Positions 36,270-49,300 of a stretch of 64,000 nt of DNA are shown one piece after another. Origin of the DNA: Catajapyx aquilonaris. Lineage: Eukaryota. A model generated the notes under the pieces. It had not been told where the DNA came from, made no database searches, and saw nothing but the letters and a program-made list of their open reading frames with translations. The stretch's first letter is position 1, and each line of letters begins with the position of its first letter. Location: the NCBI GenBank assembly GCA_000934665.2, contig KZ538406.1:1-64000 (forward strand), in the 5' to 3' direction. The translations under genes and the position numbers were made by a program.

Positions 36270-36729
36270 CTCGAGGGGGGTCAAGGGCCGGCTAGCCCGA
36301 CCTGCCTACCCCACTGCCGCCGAGGACCCACGCCCTGGTATTGCGTCGTACCACGTCTTGTCTGTCTGCTGCACTCGGGAAGTTGGGATGCTGATCAGTC
36401 AGCCCCTGCAGCAGCAGCAGGGCTGGGAGGGGACTGAGGCTGCGGGGATGTTCGCACGGGGCGAGGGAGAGACGCTGCCTGCTAACGGGGAGGGAACTTC
36501 GGGTTGCGCGCGGGACACTTTCAATTCGACAAGCCCAGGGGTTATTCCAGCCGGTCACGAACTACGTGGGGACATTGGCACATTGCCTTCTCTTAATAAT
36601 GGCAGTGGCTCATTCGGACCATTTTTTCTATAATATTGCTCACTCACGCTCAGCTTCATAAACAAACAAACAAACAAACAAACAATGAACGAATAAACAC
36701 AAATACATACACAGGCCTGCATAAAAACA

Positions 36730-37131
36730 CACTGCACTCCCGATTATCCGGGCTAATGACTGCACGGCCGGATATAAATAGGAAAACACGAATAATTCAA
36801 AAATGGACTTGAGTCACTTCTTGATAACTGATATCGCCCGATATCAGATATCAAGAAGTGACCCACGAACTTGGAACACCCGGTATATACCGTAAAAGCG
36901 AGCTATTCACAGGGTTTTTCACGAACTACTGTATACTGTATGCGTCTTTAAATAAGTTTTATTTAAAATATTTGACACATTTTTTTGTTTGTCTTCTGGA
37001 AAAAGTAGGCTGCTATATATTTCTTTGTTTGCGAGACATATTGACATTTTCCCAGACTTTCATTTATTTTTCTCTTGTTTGGGCGATGCACGGATAATCC
37101 GCACCCGGATAATCGGCAGTAGGCTACAGTG
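36730..37131. mobile_element. pogo/Tigger-like MITE remnant; related inverted fragment at about 14299-14369
   Basis: cactgcactcccgattatccggg ... cccggataatcggcagtaggctacagtg. The 14299-14369 segment matches the reverse complement of the left end. Confidence 0.6.
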
Positions 37132-38959
37132 TCAATAAATAAATAGATAAATAAATAAATAAATAAATAAATAGACTGACGTTCCTTCACGTGTGAAAAG
37201 TGTTATGGACATCCTTGTAATGTACGTTGAAGTCGTATATATTACACATTACTGAGCAATGAACAGAAACGAACCTTTAGCTACATGTTGGACCGAATAA
37301 TAGCGCGGCGTATGTAGGGTACACACGTGAATAGTTAATAAGTGACGCGACTTGTTGGTTATGTATGTTGTTTACCGACCGAATGCACGGTGAGAAATGA
37401 AACAATAAATAAGGCATGGATTTTCCGCTCTCTCTTTCTGTTTCTAGTAAGTACGAAAGTACCCACAGCAGTTTTCCAGCCGAAAAAAATTTGATTGCAC
37501 TTGCGGTCCGGGGCACGACAACACTGTATACAACTGTACCTGTCCGTAAATGAAGTCGCAGTTGAATCCTTTCAACAGAGCCGGGAGAAGCCAAATCCAG
37601 GCCACGATCAGGAAATGCGGCTTCCCCTGCATGACCTGAAAAGACATTCGCCCGACTCTTTTATCTCTCATAATGTCCTGGAAAAAAAAAGAAGCGCGGT
37701 GCATGTTTTCCACCCAGGTTTTTAGAAATGACGGGTTTTTTGATAACATTTCCCCCCTTCTCTTCTTGTCTTCAATTCTGCTGAATCTGCCATCCAGCCA
37801 TCCAGGGGTAGAAAAGGCAGGAAACGGACGTGGATCAAATCTGCTGTCTCCATGACGCCCAGCCTCGTTCCTTCCTTGTATATACCTGCATACATGGAGT
37901 CTCAGCTTTCAACCACTCTATCAATGCCCCCCCGTCTGTCTGCAGGGTGGCCAAAATCTCCAGTGTCAATAAATGCATGGATTTTTATCCCAACCCAAAG
38001 AGAAGCAACTGTGGCAGTGCACCACCCTGTACTTCAGTTTATTCCCTCAGGCAGATTTTTTTTTTTTTAGGTTGCTGTTGCTGGGGGCGGTTGCATGTAT
38101 AAAGGATCGAGAGAGGGTGGAGGAGTTGGGGATGGGCATGTTTTGTTGCTGTGGGGGGCGTATTAAAGTCACTTGGCTGTCGGGGTATAAGGTGGGAGGT
38201 GGGGAGCATTTCGGGGGGGATAGCAGTGGAGACATTTGACTACTCAATTATTCAGGTCCTTGTTCATGCCAGTCTGTTCAATCTTTAATTATTCTCTCCA
38301 AGTTGATTGCCCTTGTGCGTTTTAAGATTTTGCCCTGGCTGCGTATTTATTTTAGAGCAACCTGATAGTTGGAATCACAGATATCGCATCCCAGACAAGC
38401 CACCTATACACTATTAATACGTAATTATTTTAAATCGCAATGTACACTGTAATATAGTATTTTACAAATATTTTTTCTGAAAGAGTTTGTGCTATACGCG
38501 ACAAAAATTATGCTCCGTCTGGCTGCACGACCAAGCATCGGGTAAAAAAATAAATGCCTGCTGAAAATGGCCTGCTCTTAATCTCACAATGGATGTTAAT
38601 TTATAATTCATGCAATAAATGTTGAAAGCCCTGGACCAAAAAGGGAACCTGAATTTATCATTCATAATTCATCGGATGCGCGGGAGTAGACGGTGCTGGA
38701 TTTTCTAAAACATATGTTAATGTTTGATGTGGCATTACTTCCGCAGAGAAAGGAACCCAAAAGCTGTCCGCATGCATTACATGAAAGCATACGTTTCATA
38801 CATTGTGACACTAATTGCAAAGAATACGCTTGAAGTTTGCCGCCTGTTTTGAAAACACAGGAAAACACCTTGCTTCACTTCCTGTGTAAATTAAGTGGGT
38901 GAAAAACATTGTAATGATGATGGGCCTTGATTGGAAAAGAAAGTGCCTGCCTGACTTAC

Positions 38960-39161
38960 CTTGAGGAAAAGGAGGCTTGTCCTTCGAGTGTTGACAATAT
39001 TGAGGTCCTCTCTCTGGTATTGAAAAGCACCCATTGCAGTCTATTCGGGGGAGAAAATACTGGCAAGGAGGAGCTAGGTCGGGGCAGCAGGATGCGCACG
39101 CTTAATGTGGACCAATGAACAGAGAAATCACACATGTATAGCACCAGCACCAGCTTTTATA
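38960..39161 (-). promoter_or_regulatory. Possible TATA promoter and non-coding first exon of GILT paralogue 1
   Basis: Minus-strand TATAAAAG starting at 39161, and a consensus donor AAG|gtaagt near 38959. Confidence 0.35.
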
Positions 39162-40566
39162 ATATTCATAGACTTATTTATTGAAGAAAAGGGCTGGTGT
39201 CAGACGCTGCAAGTGTCACCTTCACCGGAGAAATCACTGGCTTTCTCCACTTTTACCGCGATAAAAAATACGTTCAAGTGTGCAAATATGTTGCAAAAAA
39301 ATTCGCATTCTTAGAAGCGTATTAATTAAACATGCATGGCTCCGGGCTGCAGCGTCTATAGCGCTGTCTATACGGGCCTGTAAAGTGCTCTAACTAAGAA
39401 TAGGTTTTCACTGTTTCCTGCCTGTTTCCAAGAGAGAGGAAGGATAATATATGCCAGCAGTTTGGCTGTAAATGGAGGAAGGATGAAAACAAAAGAAGCG
39501 GATAATTCGATTTGGATGGCGCCCAAACTTTTTTTCTGGAGCCTTCCGGTGGTCATCTGCGTCTCGGAAAGAGCCGGAGGAAGAAGACCATTAGCTAATG
39601 GCAAAGGCCAACTTTGAAATGTGGAGAATTAGATGGCTTTTCTAAGAAGTTACTTCGACGTACCATTCTGGCGCCTATTTTTTTGTAGAAGTGGGTGAAT
39701 GGGAGGTGTTTTTTTGTCATTTTATCGTAACACTTATAGGTGAGAGATGTCAGATATTTTTAAAGAAGTGCGGCAACATCTGATTCAAGGAAATGTGGCA
39801 AAGTTGCTTATGCATGCTGAATGTAAGGATGGGGCATCCAGGCGCAAAAAGGTGTAAGAGAAAGTTAGATTCGGTTCAGGGTTTGGAGAAGGTGGCAGCA
39901 TTTTACTTCCTTCAGGTAAATATTGCTACATATATGTTTCAGCACAATGTAGATTTTTCCGTAGATGAATTTATTATTATAGTGCGGGGTCTAACAGGTT
40001 ACATCATGCGTGAGGAATTTGTAATTTGGTGGAAAATGAAATTTGCAATTTTGATTTTGTGGCTTTTTTTTGTACACGGGCGTTATTAGAGCGAGACAAG
40101 TAGAGCAGGCAGTCATACGTGTATATGATTTTCACTGAGAGAGCAAATAATGAATTCAAGTTTTGTTGACCCTGAATACCGAAAGGATATGAAAATACTC
40201 TGCATTTTAGCAGTACCGTAGTAAAAGAAACATGTACTTTACTCGAGAGTGATAACTTACACTCAGGCCAGAAGACCATGACTCAATAATTATTATTGTG
40301 TCATGGACTTCTGGTAGGCTACAACAAAGCCACCTCATAAAACATCTGCCATTTGTTGCGGCATAGACAAACATACAATTGTATATTATTTGTCTATACA
40401 TACCACAGCAGGCAGTATCAGCGTGTGGAGGCAAATTCTATAGATCTAGGCAGAGAACATTGATTCGCGTAAGTTTCCAAGCGCAAAATTATCTGACTTT
40501 TGCTTTATTTGACAAAATTATTAATATTCGTATTTTAGCTGACACGAAAATTCTGACATGAGTTCT

Positions 40567-40693
40567 TATAGATGGGTCGGTGAACGAACGCAAGCAGATG
40601 GCCAATTTTATTACAGGTCGGAATACAGTTTGTAATGTAATTCCTGTAATAAAATTGGCCACCCGCTTGCGTTCGTTCACCGACCCATCTATA
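40567..40693. repeat. Near-perfect hairpin / short TA-flanked MITE
   Basis: tatagatgggtcggtgaacgaacgcaagc... / ...gcttgcgttcgttcaccgacccatctata; arms of about 50 bp. Confidence 0.85.
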
Positions 40694-41353
40694 GTTGCAA
40701 AATTCGCTTTTATGGCCTAATCTTATGTTAAATGACTCAAACTAATATATTAAGCGCTCAATATACTGCTGCGGTCAGATGCCCCTCGCCTACACCTTTT
40801 CGACACAGCCGAGTATGGGCCTACTACCCAAAGGTTTTCTTCAATTTTTTCGTGAAATTCTTCAAGATAATAACAGCTGAAATTATTCAGAAAACTAAGT
40901 GGAGGGGCGTAAAACTAATTTAATATAGCCCCAGGTATGTCGGAATCTAGAATTTCTCTAAATTATTTCGCCATTTGGAAGCTGCCTAGATTTCGACTTG
41001 TGACATTTATGATTTTTTCCAATATTTTTCGTAGTTGCTTCGTGGAGCACAGTACCGGCGGGATACTGTACTAATGGAATAAGTAAAGCTCGCGTAGATC
41101 CGGCCTTACCTACGATTCCCACAATTAAACGCTAATTGCGCAATGGTAATTACGAGGCAATTGAAACTGCATTAGTAAGCTCGCATGATTTTTTAAACTG
41201 ATAATAATCAAACTCATGGCACCGAGTACGATGTGCGTAATAACGGACTGTGTACGGTTCGCCATCGGTTCAAAGTACTTGATAAAATATTGATACTACA
41301 GCTATTTGTATTTTTATCGGAGCGTTTTCTTAGTACAATATTATGACTTAATT

Positions 41354-41728
41354 GGGGAATTCGAGCCACGCAGTCATTTACTAACTGAATTAGCAGCATA
41401 CTTTCCGGTGCATTGAGAGAATCAGCTTGTGAGGAAGGAAACGTGCAAGGATAGGGAAAATTTCCCCGGTCGTCAACACGGCCCCAAGTCCAAGGGCGAA
41501 TTTCTGCCCGGACCTGTTTGCGAACCTTCGGAGACAAGTTGATTGAGCACGTGACAGTTGCCCTGTAGTCGTTTTCGCAACCTTGGTGAGGTAGGAAGCC
41601 TCAGGAAAATCCCCAGGCAGCCTCCGTATCACTCCATCTCCATTGATCCTGCTGGCAAAGGAAATGAGATTTCAAACGTCATTTGGAAATCCTAAAAAAA
41701 TAAAGGGTCCACAAGACAGGGAATTCCT
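41354..41728 (+). promoter_or_regulatory. Cluster of NF-kB/Rel-like sites upstream of GILT paralogue 2
   Basis: GGGGAATTCG 41354, GGGAAAATTTCCCC 41454, GGAAAATCCCC 41604 (GGGGATTTTCC on -), GGGAATTCCT 41719; E-box CACGTGAC at 41548. Confidence 0.5.
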
Positions 41729-41862
41729 TCAGTTGTGCAATATATGCGCTCTGATTAGATTAATGCTAGACAATGAGCACGACGCAACTCTGCGATATGT
41801 GAATAAAAAGCCCCAGCTTCATTGGTACCTGTCCACAGACTAAGGTGCAGCGTTGTCTGAAC

Positions 41863-43042
41863 ATGGCGAGTCATTTGCAGTCGTTTGTGGCCTTCTTGCT
41901 GCTTGCTTCAGCCTATGGGAAATCTATTGCACCAGAGGTATAGTTATTGTTAAGGCTACTCTTGTCTGTTTGACTCTAATGGCTCCTATCTTACAGGCAG
42001 GAAAGGTGGACATTGAAGTTTACTTCGAGTCACTCTGCCCTGACAGCATTCGGCTTATCACCACCCAACTGGCCCCTGCCTGGAGACATGGCTTCAAAGC
42101 TTACATGAACGTCACCCTGGTGCCTTTTGGAAAAGCCAGTGTAATCAGTCGTTACATATTTTGACATTTTTTATCATTATTTTACAGGAAAAGTAGCGTG
42201 GGGTTGAACCCCATCATAAGCTTTGCACTACCCTGATTATGTGATGCAATATTTTCAGTGGGCGCATAATAGAGATGGGTCTTGGACATTTTCTTGTCAA
42301 CATGGCCAGGGAGAATGTGAGGGAAACAAGATGCTCGGCTGTGGGCTTGAGCAGCTCCGGGAATCCAATCCTGACCAGCAAGTGCCTTTTGTAGACTGCG
42401 TTATGGGTTCTGATTATCCCCCGGATTCAGGGAGGCAGGTAAAGCCCATATTTTGCATATTTTAATAGTGGAGAGTAATTAATTTAAATATTTCAGTGTG
42501 CTACGAGCCTGAACATGGATTTCGAGTCATTGGACGAATGCTCTAAGGGAGAAAGAGGATCAGTTCTTCTGAGCCAGAATGGGATTCTCACGGAGAATCT
42601 GGATCCAGCTCTCACATACGTCCCATGGATTGTCATCAACGAGGTACGATCCAATTTGTATAGCTCTCTTTTGCAAATTTATCACGTAAAATAAACAAAT
42701 ACATATAAATAAATAAATAAATAAGGAACTGTAATCAGTCAGAATATTCAGCAGTAATTTGCATACGTGATGACTGCTGAACAAGAAGCTGGCAAAAGTG
42801 CAAGGGTGCATGAAACGGTACTTGCGTCAGCCTTGAATCTCACCGCATGTGTTTGACATCTCACACCCACGCACCTTGACATTCTAGACCGAAGGTGACT
42901 GACTCCACGCATTAAAACGCTAATGCTGCCTCCCAAATTTGCATTCCAGAAATTCACAAAGGCCAACCTGAACGCTGCCCAACGAGACCTTCCATCCTTG
43001 CTGTGCTCCAACCTGGACCAGAAGCCGGAAGTCTGCAAATAA
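41863..43042 (+). CDS. IFI30: GILT/IFI30-like thiol reductase, paralogue 2 (212 aa, cleavable signal peptide)
   Basis: Exons 41863-41937, 41997-42140, 42259-42438, 42497-42643, 42950-43042. Signal MASHLQSFVAFLLLASAYG; motifs YFESLCPDS, VPFGKA, FSCQHGQGECEGNKMLGC, YVPWIVIN. AATAAA at 43075. Confidence 0.95.
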
Positions 43043-43779
43043 GTCTGTAAATCCCCGAAGAACAACTCTTGTACAATAAAGCCACCCTTTTGAGTATTAT
43101 GAATCAGGAGACTAATTAAGGGGCGTGGACCAGTTCTGCCAATCTGAGTGGGGACGCTGGTCATCAAGGTTTCCCTAATGGACCATTTGGTGGCTCCCTG
43201 AATCGTTGTCCCCTGTCATTTGGAGGGCCTCAGAAGCAGATGGGCGCGAAGGTTATGGTTCGAGATGACTTACAAACCAAAGGGGTCTTATTAGTGGCGG
43301 TATATCACAAGACGTGACGTTTTATGCACAGCCATTGACGTTAGGAGATAATTATCGGAGCAAGTGTCATTCTGCAAAAATAAAGGTTTGAACTTGGGGG
43401 GCGGTATGCGGTTGAATGAAGTTCGAGTTGACTGATAAATCACGAGGCAGACCGCATGACTTGTCTGTGGGGAAGGCCAGACAGATACGGGACAGCTGGA
43501 CAAACGAATCGTCGCGAGGTCTTTTCTCTGGTGAGATTCTAATTAGGTGATCATCTAATGAGAAATTGTTGGGGTGTGAACTTATTTTTGGCCTGGTACT
43601 GGCCCCGATTATTTCTCTCTAATTTTTAAATACGACCTAGGATCAGCTGATGCTGAGTAATTAGAATCTTGTAACCAACAACTCGGCATTTTCATTGCAC
43701 TCCTATATTTACATTCCGTTCTATGGGCTCAGTGGCACTTATGCAGCGCGATATGTAGGGTACGCATTATCATATAACG

Positions 43780-43865
43780 TAATTGAAGGGCTCGGGAGTA
43801 AACAATGGTAAGGGTAACTGTGTTACATATCCCTTACCATTGTTTACTCCCGAGCACTTCAATTA
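43780..43865. repeat. 86-nt hairpin (35-bp arms, 1 mismatch)
   Basis: taattgaagggctcgggagtaaacaatggtaaggg / cccttaccattgtttactcccgagcacttcaatta with a 16-nt loop. Confidence 0.85.
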
Positions 43866-45349
43866 GGACAGGGGATTTGCCTGACAATAAACTGAAAACA
43901 GTCGCAAGATATGATTATGCTATAATAGATGAATGTGGCCTGGTACAGTACACACTACACTGCCGACCTGCCGTGTTGCTGTGGAGAATTATTGTAACGA
44001 CTGTCAAGACTTCGATTGATATGATAACTAAATGTTGTCGCACTTTTGTTACCTGCTGTACTGCTCTTGTTAATATTTTGGGCCTTTTAGACACTTGATG
44101 TATAGGCCTACTCATAAAAATGACGTAGGCAACATTCAGTACCTGGAATGTCAATACTCTACACGTACAGTATTATACGTGCACGCTATACTTTTGTTAA
44201 ATACATGCAAACTTACGTAATCATGTCATGTCCAATGTGCAGAGAGTTTTAGCACTATCTTTTTCTCTGCAATTTACAAGTGAACATATTTGTCGAGAAT
44301 GATGCATTGAAAGTGCTCCACCCAAAGGGCGATATTTCCTTATCTTCGTGCTACCACGTCAGTGTTGTAGCCTGCCATACTGCCGTGAGTACACTGCACC
44401 TTACCCTTTCATAACCAGCAAGACTGACGAGTGGTGACAATGTGTGCAGATAAATTCCGTGACTCTCTGCAAAACTGTGATAAGCGTTACTTTCGGGGGG
44501 GGGGGGGGNGGGGGGGGGGGGGGAATCCCCATGTATGAGGTATAGGCTAATGTTATTGTAATGTTAGAAGTTATTGTTGCACGTGGTTAAAATTGCAGTA
44601 GCATAGGAGGATGGTATGTGTATTTCAATAACTGGGAAGTAGACGTAGAATGAAACTTTTGTGTACGAAGACTTGAAAGGCAGCACAATCAGAGTTACAT
44701 TTTGGTCTAAATTTAGAATTGTTTAACATAGGCCCTGGTGTGTGCTCTCTGATAATCAATAAGGCAATTCCATGATAAAGCAATGATATTCCCATTGAAA
44801 ATTATTTGGAAACTAGACGTCATCAGAGATAGTGCAATGTTCATTACAGTATAACCCTCATCATATATCTCGAAATTACAGATTGATTCCAGTTGTTCAG
44901 TAATGATCATAATAATATTCATAATAATTAGGCCTATATTTTATGTATACACTATAAGTGTGGGGGGTGTTGACGAAATGACAAAGCATGTGGTTTTGCA
45001 GAGTTAATGTGAATTTTTAACATCAAGCTTAGTTATACTAACTGGTGAAATGAACAAGTTTTCTAAATGAAAGCGAGCTTGCTAATGATGCTCCATGTAT
45101 TTGGTCAGTCACAAGAGCCACGTGATTGCAATTGAGCTGTAGATGTGAAGGTCTTTGAATTTAGGCCGAATTTAGGTGGTGACCATTGTCCATATGGACC
45201 CGAACTGGCCTGCGTACAAGAAGATGATAAAATGCATTTGAAAGGAGCGTGATGGCGAGCAGGGTCAACTCTTCTTGGCTCCTCTCCAGCTAAATCAGCA
45301 CTTTAAATTGTACACAGGCCTGTAATATAGGGACGTCGGATCAGCCAAG

Positions 45350-46394
45350 ATGGGCGTCTACAAGGTGGTCATAGTCGCTCTCACCGTCGTCGCAGTCATG
45401 ACCCTAGGACTGACCCTCGGCCGAATTATGTCCGACCAAGACTCACAGGTGAGACACATATACTCCTAATCGCTTTAACTTTGAGTAGGCCTACTTATTA
45501 GGCTACCACATGGGTACAGCGGGCATTATTTGAAAATTAATTATTATTTCGATATAATTCGTATCAATTGCAATTCGATTCACTTCAGCGAATTTAATTT
45601 AATTTATGTCTCCTGCAGTCAAACCAGGTGGTACATCTGAGTGTGTATTACGAGAGCTTGTGTCCGGACAGCATCCGGTTTGTTAGGAGGCAACTGGCTC
45701 CAACCTGGCCACAATTGCGCCAGTATCTCAACTTGACGCTGGTGCCATTTGGAAAGGCAAATGTGAGTTATGCTAATTGATAAAGCCCACTCTTTGCCAG
45801 CCTGATAATTGCGATTCCTTCCAGTTTGTCAAGAAGAGCTCGGGAGGATGGAGCTTCAAGTGCCAGCATGGGTCAGAAGAATGCAGGGGAAACATGATGA
45901 TGAGTTGTGGGTTGAAGTACATCCAGGATGATAATCTTCAAGTCCGGTTTGTTTCCTGCGTCATGAGCTCCCGGTATCCTCCAGATGCAGGATTGCCTGT
46001 AAGACCACCACCATGTGTAGACTCTGCAAGAATACACGCAATGCAAGCATTCATGTAAATCTTTTCTCCAGTGCGCAAGGTCACTCGGAGTGGATTATTC
46101 TCGAATTCAAATATGCACCAGCGGGCAGGAAGGAGAAGATCTCCTTCACGACGAAGGTGTCCTAACCAAAGCTCTAAATCCGCCTCTCTACTACGTGCCT
46201 TGGATTACTGTCAATGGAGTAAGTAGTTATTAGGGCTAGTAATGTGTACTATCTACAAACACGCAATTGACGAGTCTTACTCTTCCCCTCAGAAGTTTTC
46301 TCGAGATGAGCTTCAGTTGGCCCAGACTGACCTGGCCGAGCTGGTGTGTCGTTACCTGAAGCCTCCCAAGCCACCAGTATGTGGTGGACACTGA
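45350..46394 (+). CDS. IFI30: GILT/IFI30-like thiol reductase, paralogue 3 (221 aa)
   Basis: Exons 45350-45448, 45619-45762, 45825-45998, 46072-46218, 46293-46394. Hydrophobic N-terminus MGVYKVVIVALTVVAVMTLGLTLG; motifs YYESLCPDS, FKCQHGSEECRGNMMMSC, YVPWITVNG. AATAAA at 46546. Confidence 0.95.
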
Positions 46395-49300
46395 ATATCC
46401 GCCGACCCAGTCTTCTATCAGCCATAATTATAACCGGTTGTGTAACACTATAAAATAGGTGGGTAAGGCCCAATGGAAAAAAGGGATCTCGAATTCGATT
46501 TGATGTCAATCATGAATTTGGATAGGCGAGATAGTTAGTTTGTCTAATAAAGTACTAATTCTATAACTGTGGTTATTATTGCATGACGTGTGTTTCGTTG
46601 CAGAATTCTTCTGGAGATGTCCTGTGTCTTTCTGATTCCAAGAAACAAAGAATATGTTTGATATTTTCCTATCAAGGTGAGTCACGTTTCGCTTCCAACA
46701 GTATTGCCCAAGGCATCTTTATTGTTTCCACTACGGTGGCGTACCGAGTACTCTGCAGTGTCACGATTTTTATCCCCCGATAGGGTCACGCAATGGGGTT
46801 AAGGTCACGTCCACGCTCAAGTCGCTCTCATGTGTGACCGTCTCGTAGATCTCCAAAATATATTAATAATGATAAAAAATGAGGACAAAATATTTTTATG
46901 ACCCCCCCACAGATAAGGCTAAAAAAAAGGGGACACTTGTCAGATTAAAAGAGGACATTGATTGGTATATCTGTCCATATTACTTTTAAGGTCAAAGTCC
47001 TACGTACAGTTGGAAGCATGAGAATAGTACATCACCCGGGAAAGAGCAGTGTAGTTTTTCCCATAATAAAATCACAGTGCTCCATGGGGTGTGTCGTGCG
47101 CCGACTGCTGTAACAACCACGGTTACGCAAGGACGGAATAGGACTGAAAAATGTGTAAAGTGATAATAAATTCCTTGTTGGCAAAAGGCACGAGGGAGAA
47201 GGTGGGGAAGGTCAGCTGCTGATAATTTATTACAGATTTGGCTTGGATGCTTACTTTCTCACCCTCACCTTTTGTTTGCGCGGCCTTTAATAAGTTTTTC
47301 GCCAGTGGTGTGACCCACACGGACGTTTGCTAATGGACAGCAGGTGAAGGGTTGGACTGATGCATCTCCAGTGAGGTCACCAATCCTTCGCATTTCCATT
47401 TTGGCGTCAACCTCGACAAGTCCTCTCTTGGACATTACTCCACCGGCAGCAGCAGCAGAGAGGTCAGTTCGTTTTATTTGACTAGAAGAGAAGCCTTCCT
47501 TCTAAAATATCTGTGTTGTCAATCTATTAGAGTTGTGGTGGTCCAGGGGATACCCAAGGCCTATTTATTTGCGAAATACTTAGGGAGTACTGGTTTTTAC
47601 TGTGCAGTGCTTGCAATTGAGTGACGGGACTTCAACCTACACTGCATTATTATTACTAGGTGTGAGTTGTTTGAAACGGACAAACGCCTTTGGAAATTTA
47701 AGTTAGTTAATAGTACATTGTAATTAATTTTGTACATAGTATATTTTCTTATGTTGTCAGTAGGACACAAAAATAAGGAAGTGAAATATTCTGTGGAAGC
47801 GCTCCCTTTTTTCGTTGGCAGCTTCACACAGATCTCGGGAGTTAAGAAAGAGTTGGCATCAAAATGTGACATTACGATGGGCTATGCAAATAGAAGTCTT
47901 TACTACCTGCAGCAACTGTTACGACATAAGTAATTTCTTGTTTGGGATAATCAAGAAGTATCACTGATTTCGGAGTACAACAAAAGATGGTGACTATTAA
48001 AAACTCAATAATTTTCGTGATGTACCGGTACTGTAGAAGTTACTGCACTGCTGGATGATGGCCAAACAATGCCGCAAGTCACACAGTTTTTCTCAACTCT
48101 TTTAAACACAGGTCCGCAGAGTTCGTCCTTCACCTTATCTCGCGTACACAGCATTATATCATTGATTGTTATTAGTTATAACAACAAAGGCATTCTCCAG
48201 GAATTGTTATAATTACCTGGGTAATATGATAAATTTGGATAACGTTGATAGTGATGTTTAGTTTCTTTCGCACTGTTAGGTGTATTCGTGGCACACCATT
48301 TAATCGATTTCCCCTCCAGTTTAAGAATAAATTATGTTATCGTTCTAAGAATAAGAGAACTTGTTCCATTGTAAATACTGTACGACGTCTTAGAGTCTGG
48401 AACTGCAAATATCGCATTTAAGTGTTTTGGTAGACTTGACAGTCCTTTGTAGGGTTGCACAAGGATCCATTTTATTAGCTGAGCTGTATAAATAATGTAC
48501 ATAAACAGTTGTGCAGCCGTTCCTCTTTACCTCACTTCTGAGCAAATGCACGTGCGCTGTCTGTTAACATATTATATTACGCTTAACCACAATATAAATA
48601 ATCTCACCTAATTTAACATAAATTTACTGAAGGATGAGATAAAAAGTGATTTGATCTCCCAACAGTGAATATAACGCGAGAGATCCTAGACAAAAAAGGT
48701 AATGAGACCTCAAATGAGCCGAAATATTATTTTGAATGCACTTTTTGAACTGATACTTGTGATTAAGGATACTTTTAAATGGCTGCTGATGGTGCTGGTA
48801 TGATGGTGCAAATGATTCAGTAAAAAAATGTAAGGGTAAATTAAATACAAGTGGCGCCCTATTTGACCCAAAATACTAATTTCTTTAATGTTTATTCCCT
48901 AATCTGTTCACGTGTCAACAGCACAAAACATTTACCTCATAATAATTATGTGAGTTACATAGATGCAATTCTCCAAAAACAATTCTGAGCTTGCAAGTAC
49001 AGTAAGCTACATCCCACTCTTACAACTAAAACTGCGAATATAATGAGCTAGAAAATTAATGTACCCTGTCTCACTTCCATATGCATGGTATATTATGTCC
49101 TATTATTTTAGTCTCCAGAGAACTCCTTATGTCAGTTGCAGTTTTCAAAGTCTCTTTAGTATGGTTCCTTTTTATTCCCCTGGCCCTATACAATAATAAC
49201 AAAATACATTAGGTGGTAGAGCTAAGCAAAAACTTAAAAGTTGCATAATTATTATGTTAAACTAACAATGTAACATCGATCACAAAAGGACAAGTGCTTA

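Noticed and set aside
35737..36633. 298-aa + strand ORF, the longest in the track
   Set aside because: Antisense shadow of GC-rich GILT1 exon 1 and its 5' region; TTG start and no recognisable domain.
33803..46394. Selenocysteine or readthrough in the GILT active sites
   Set aside because: All three use TGT/TGC Cys in CPDS; there is no in-frame TGA.
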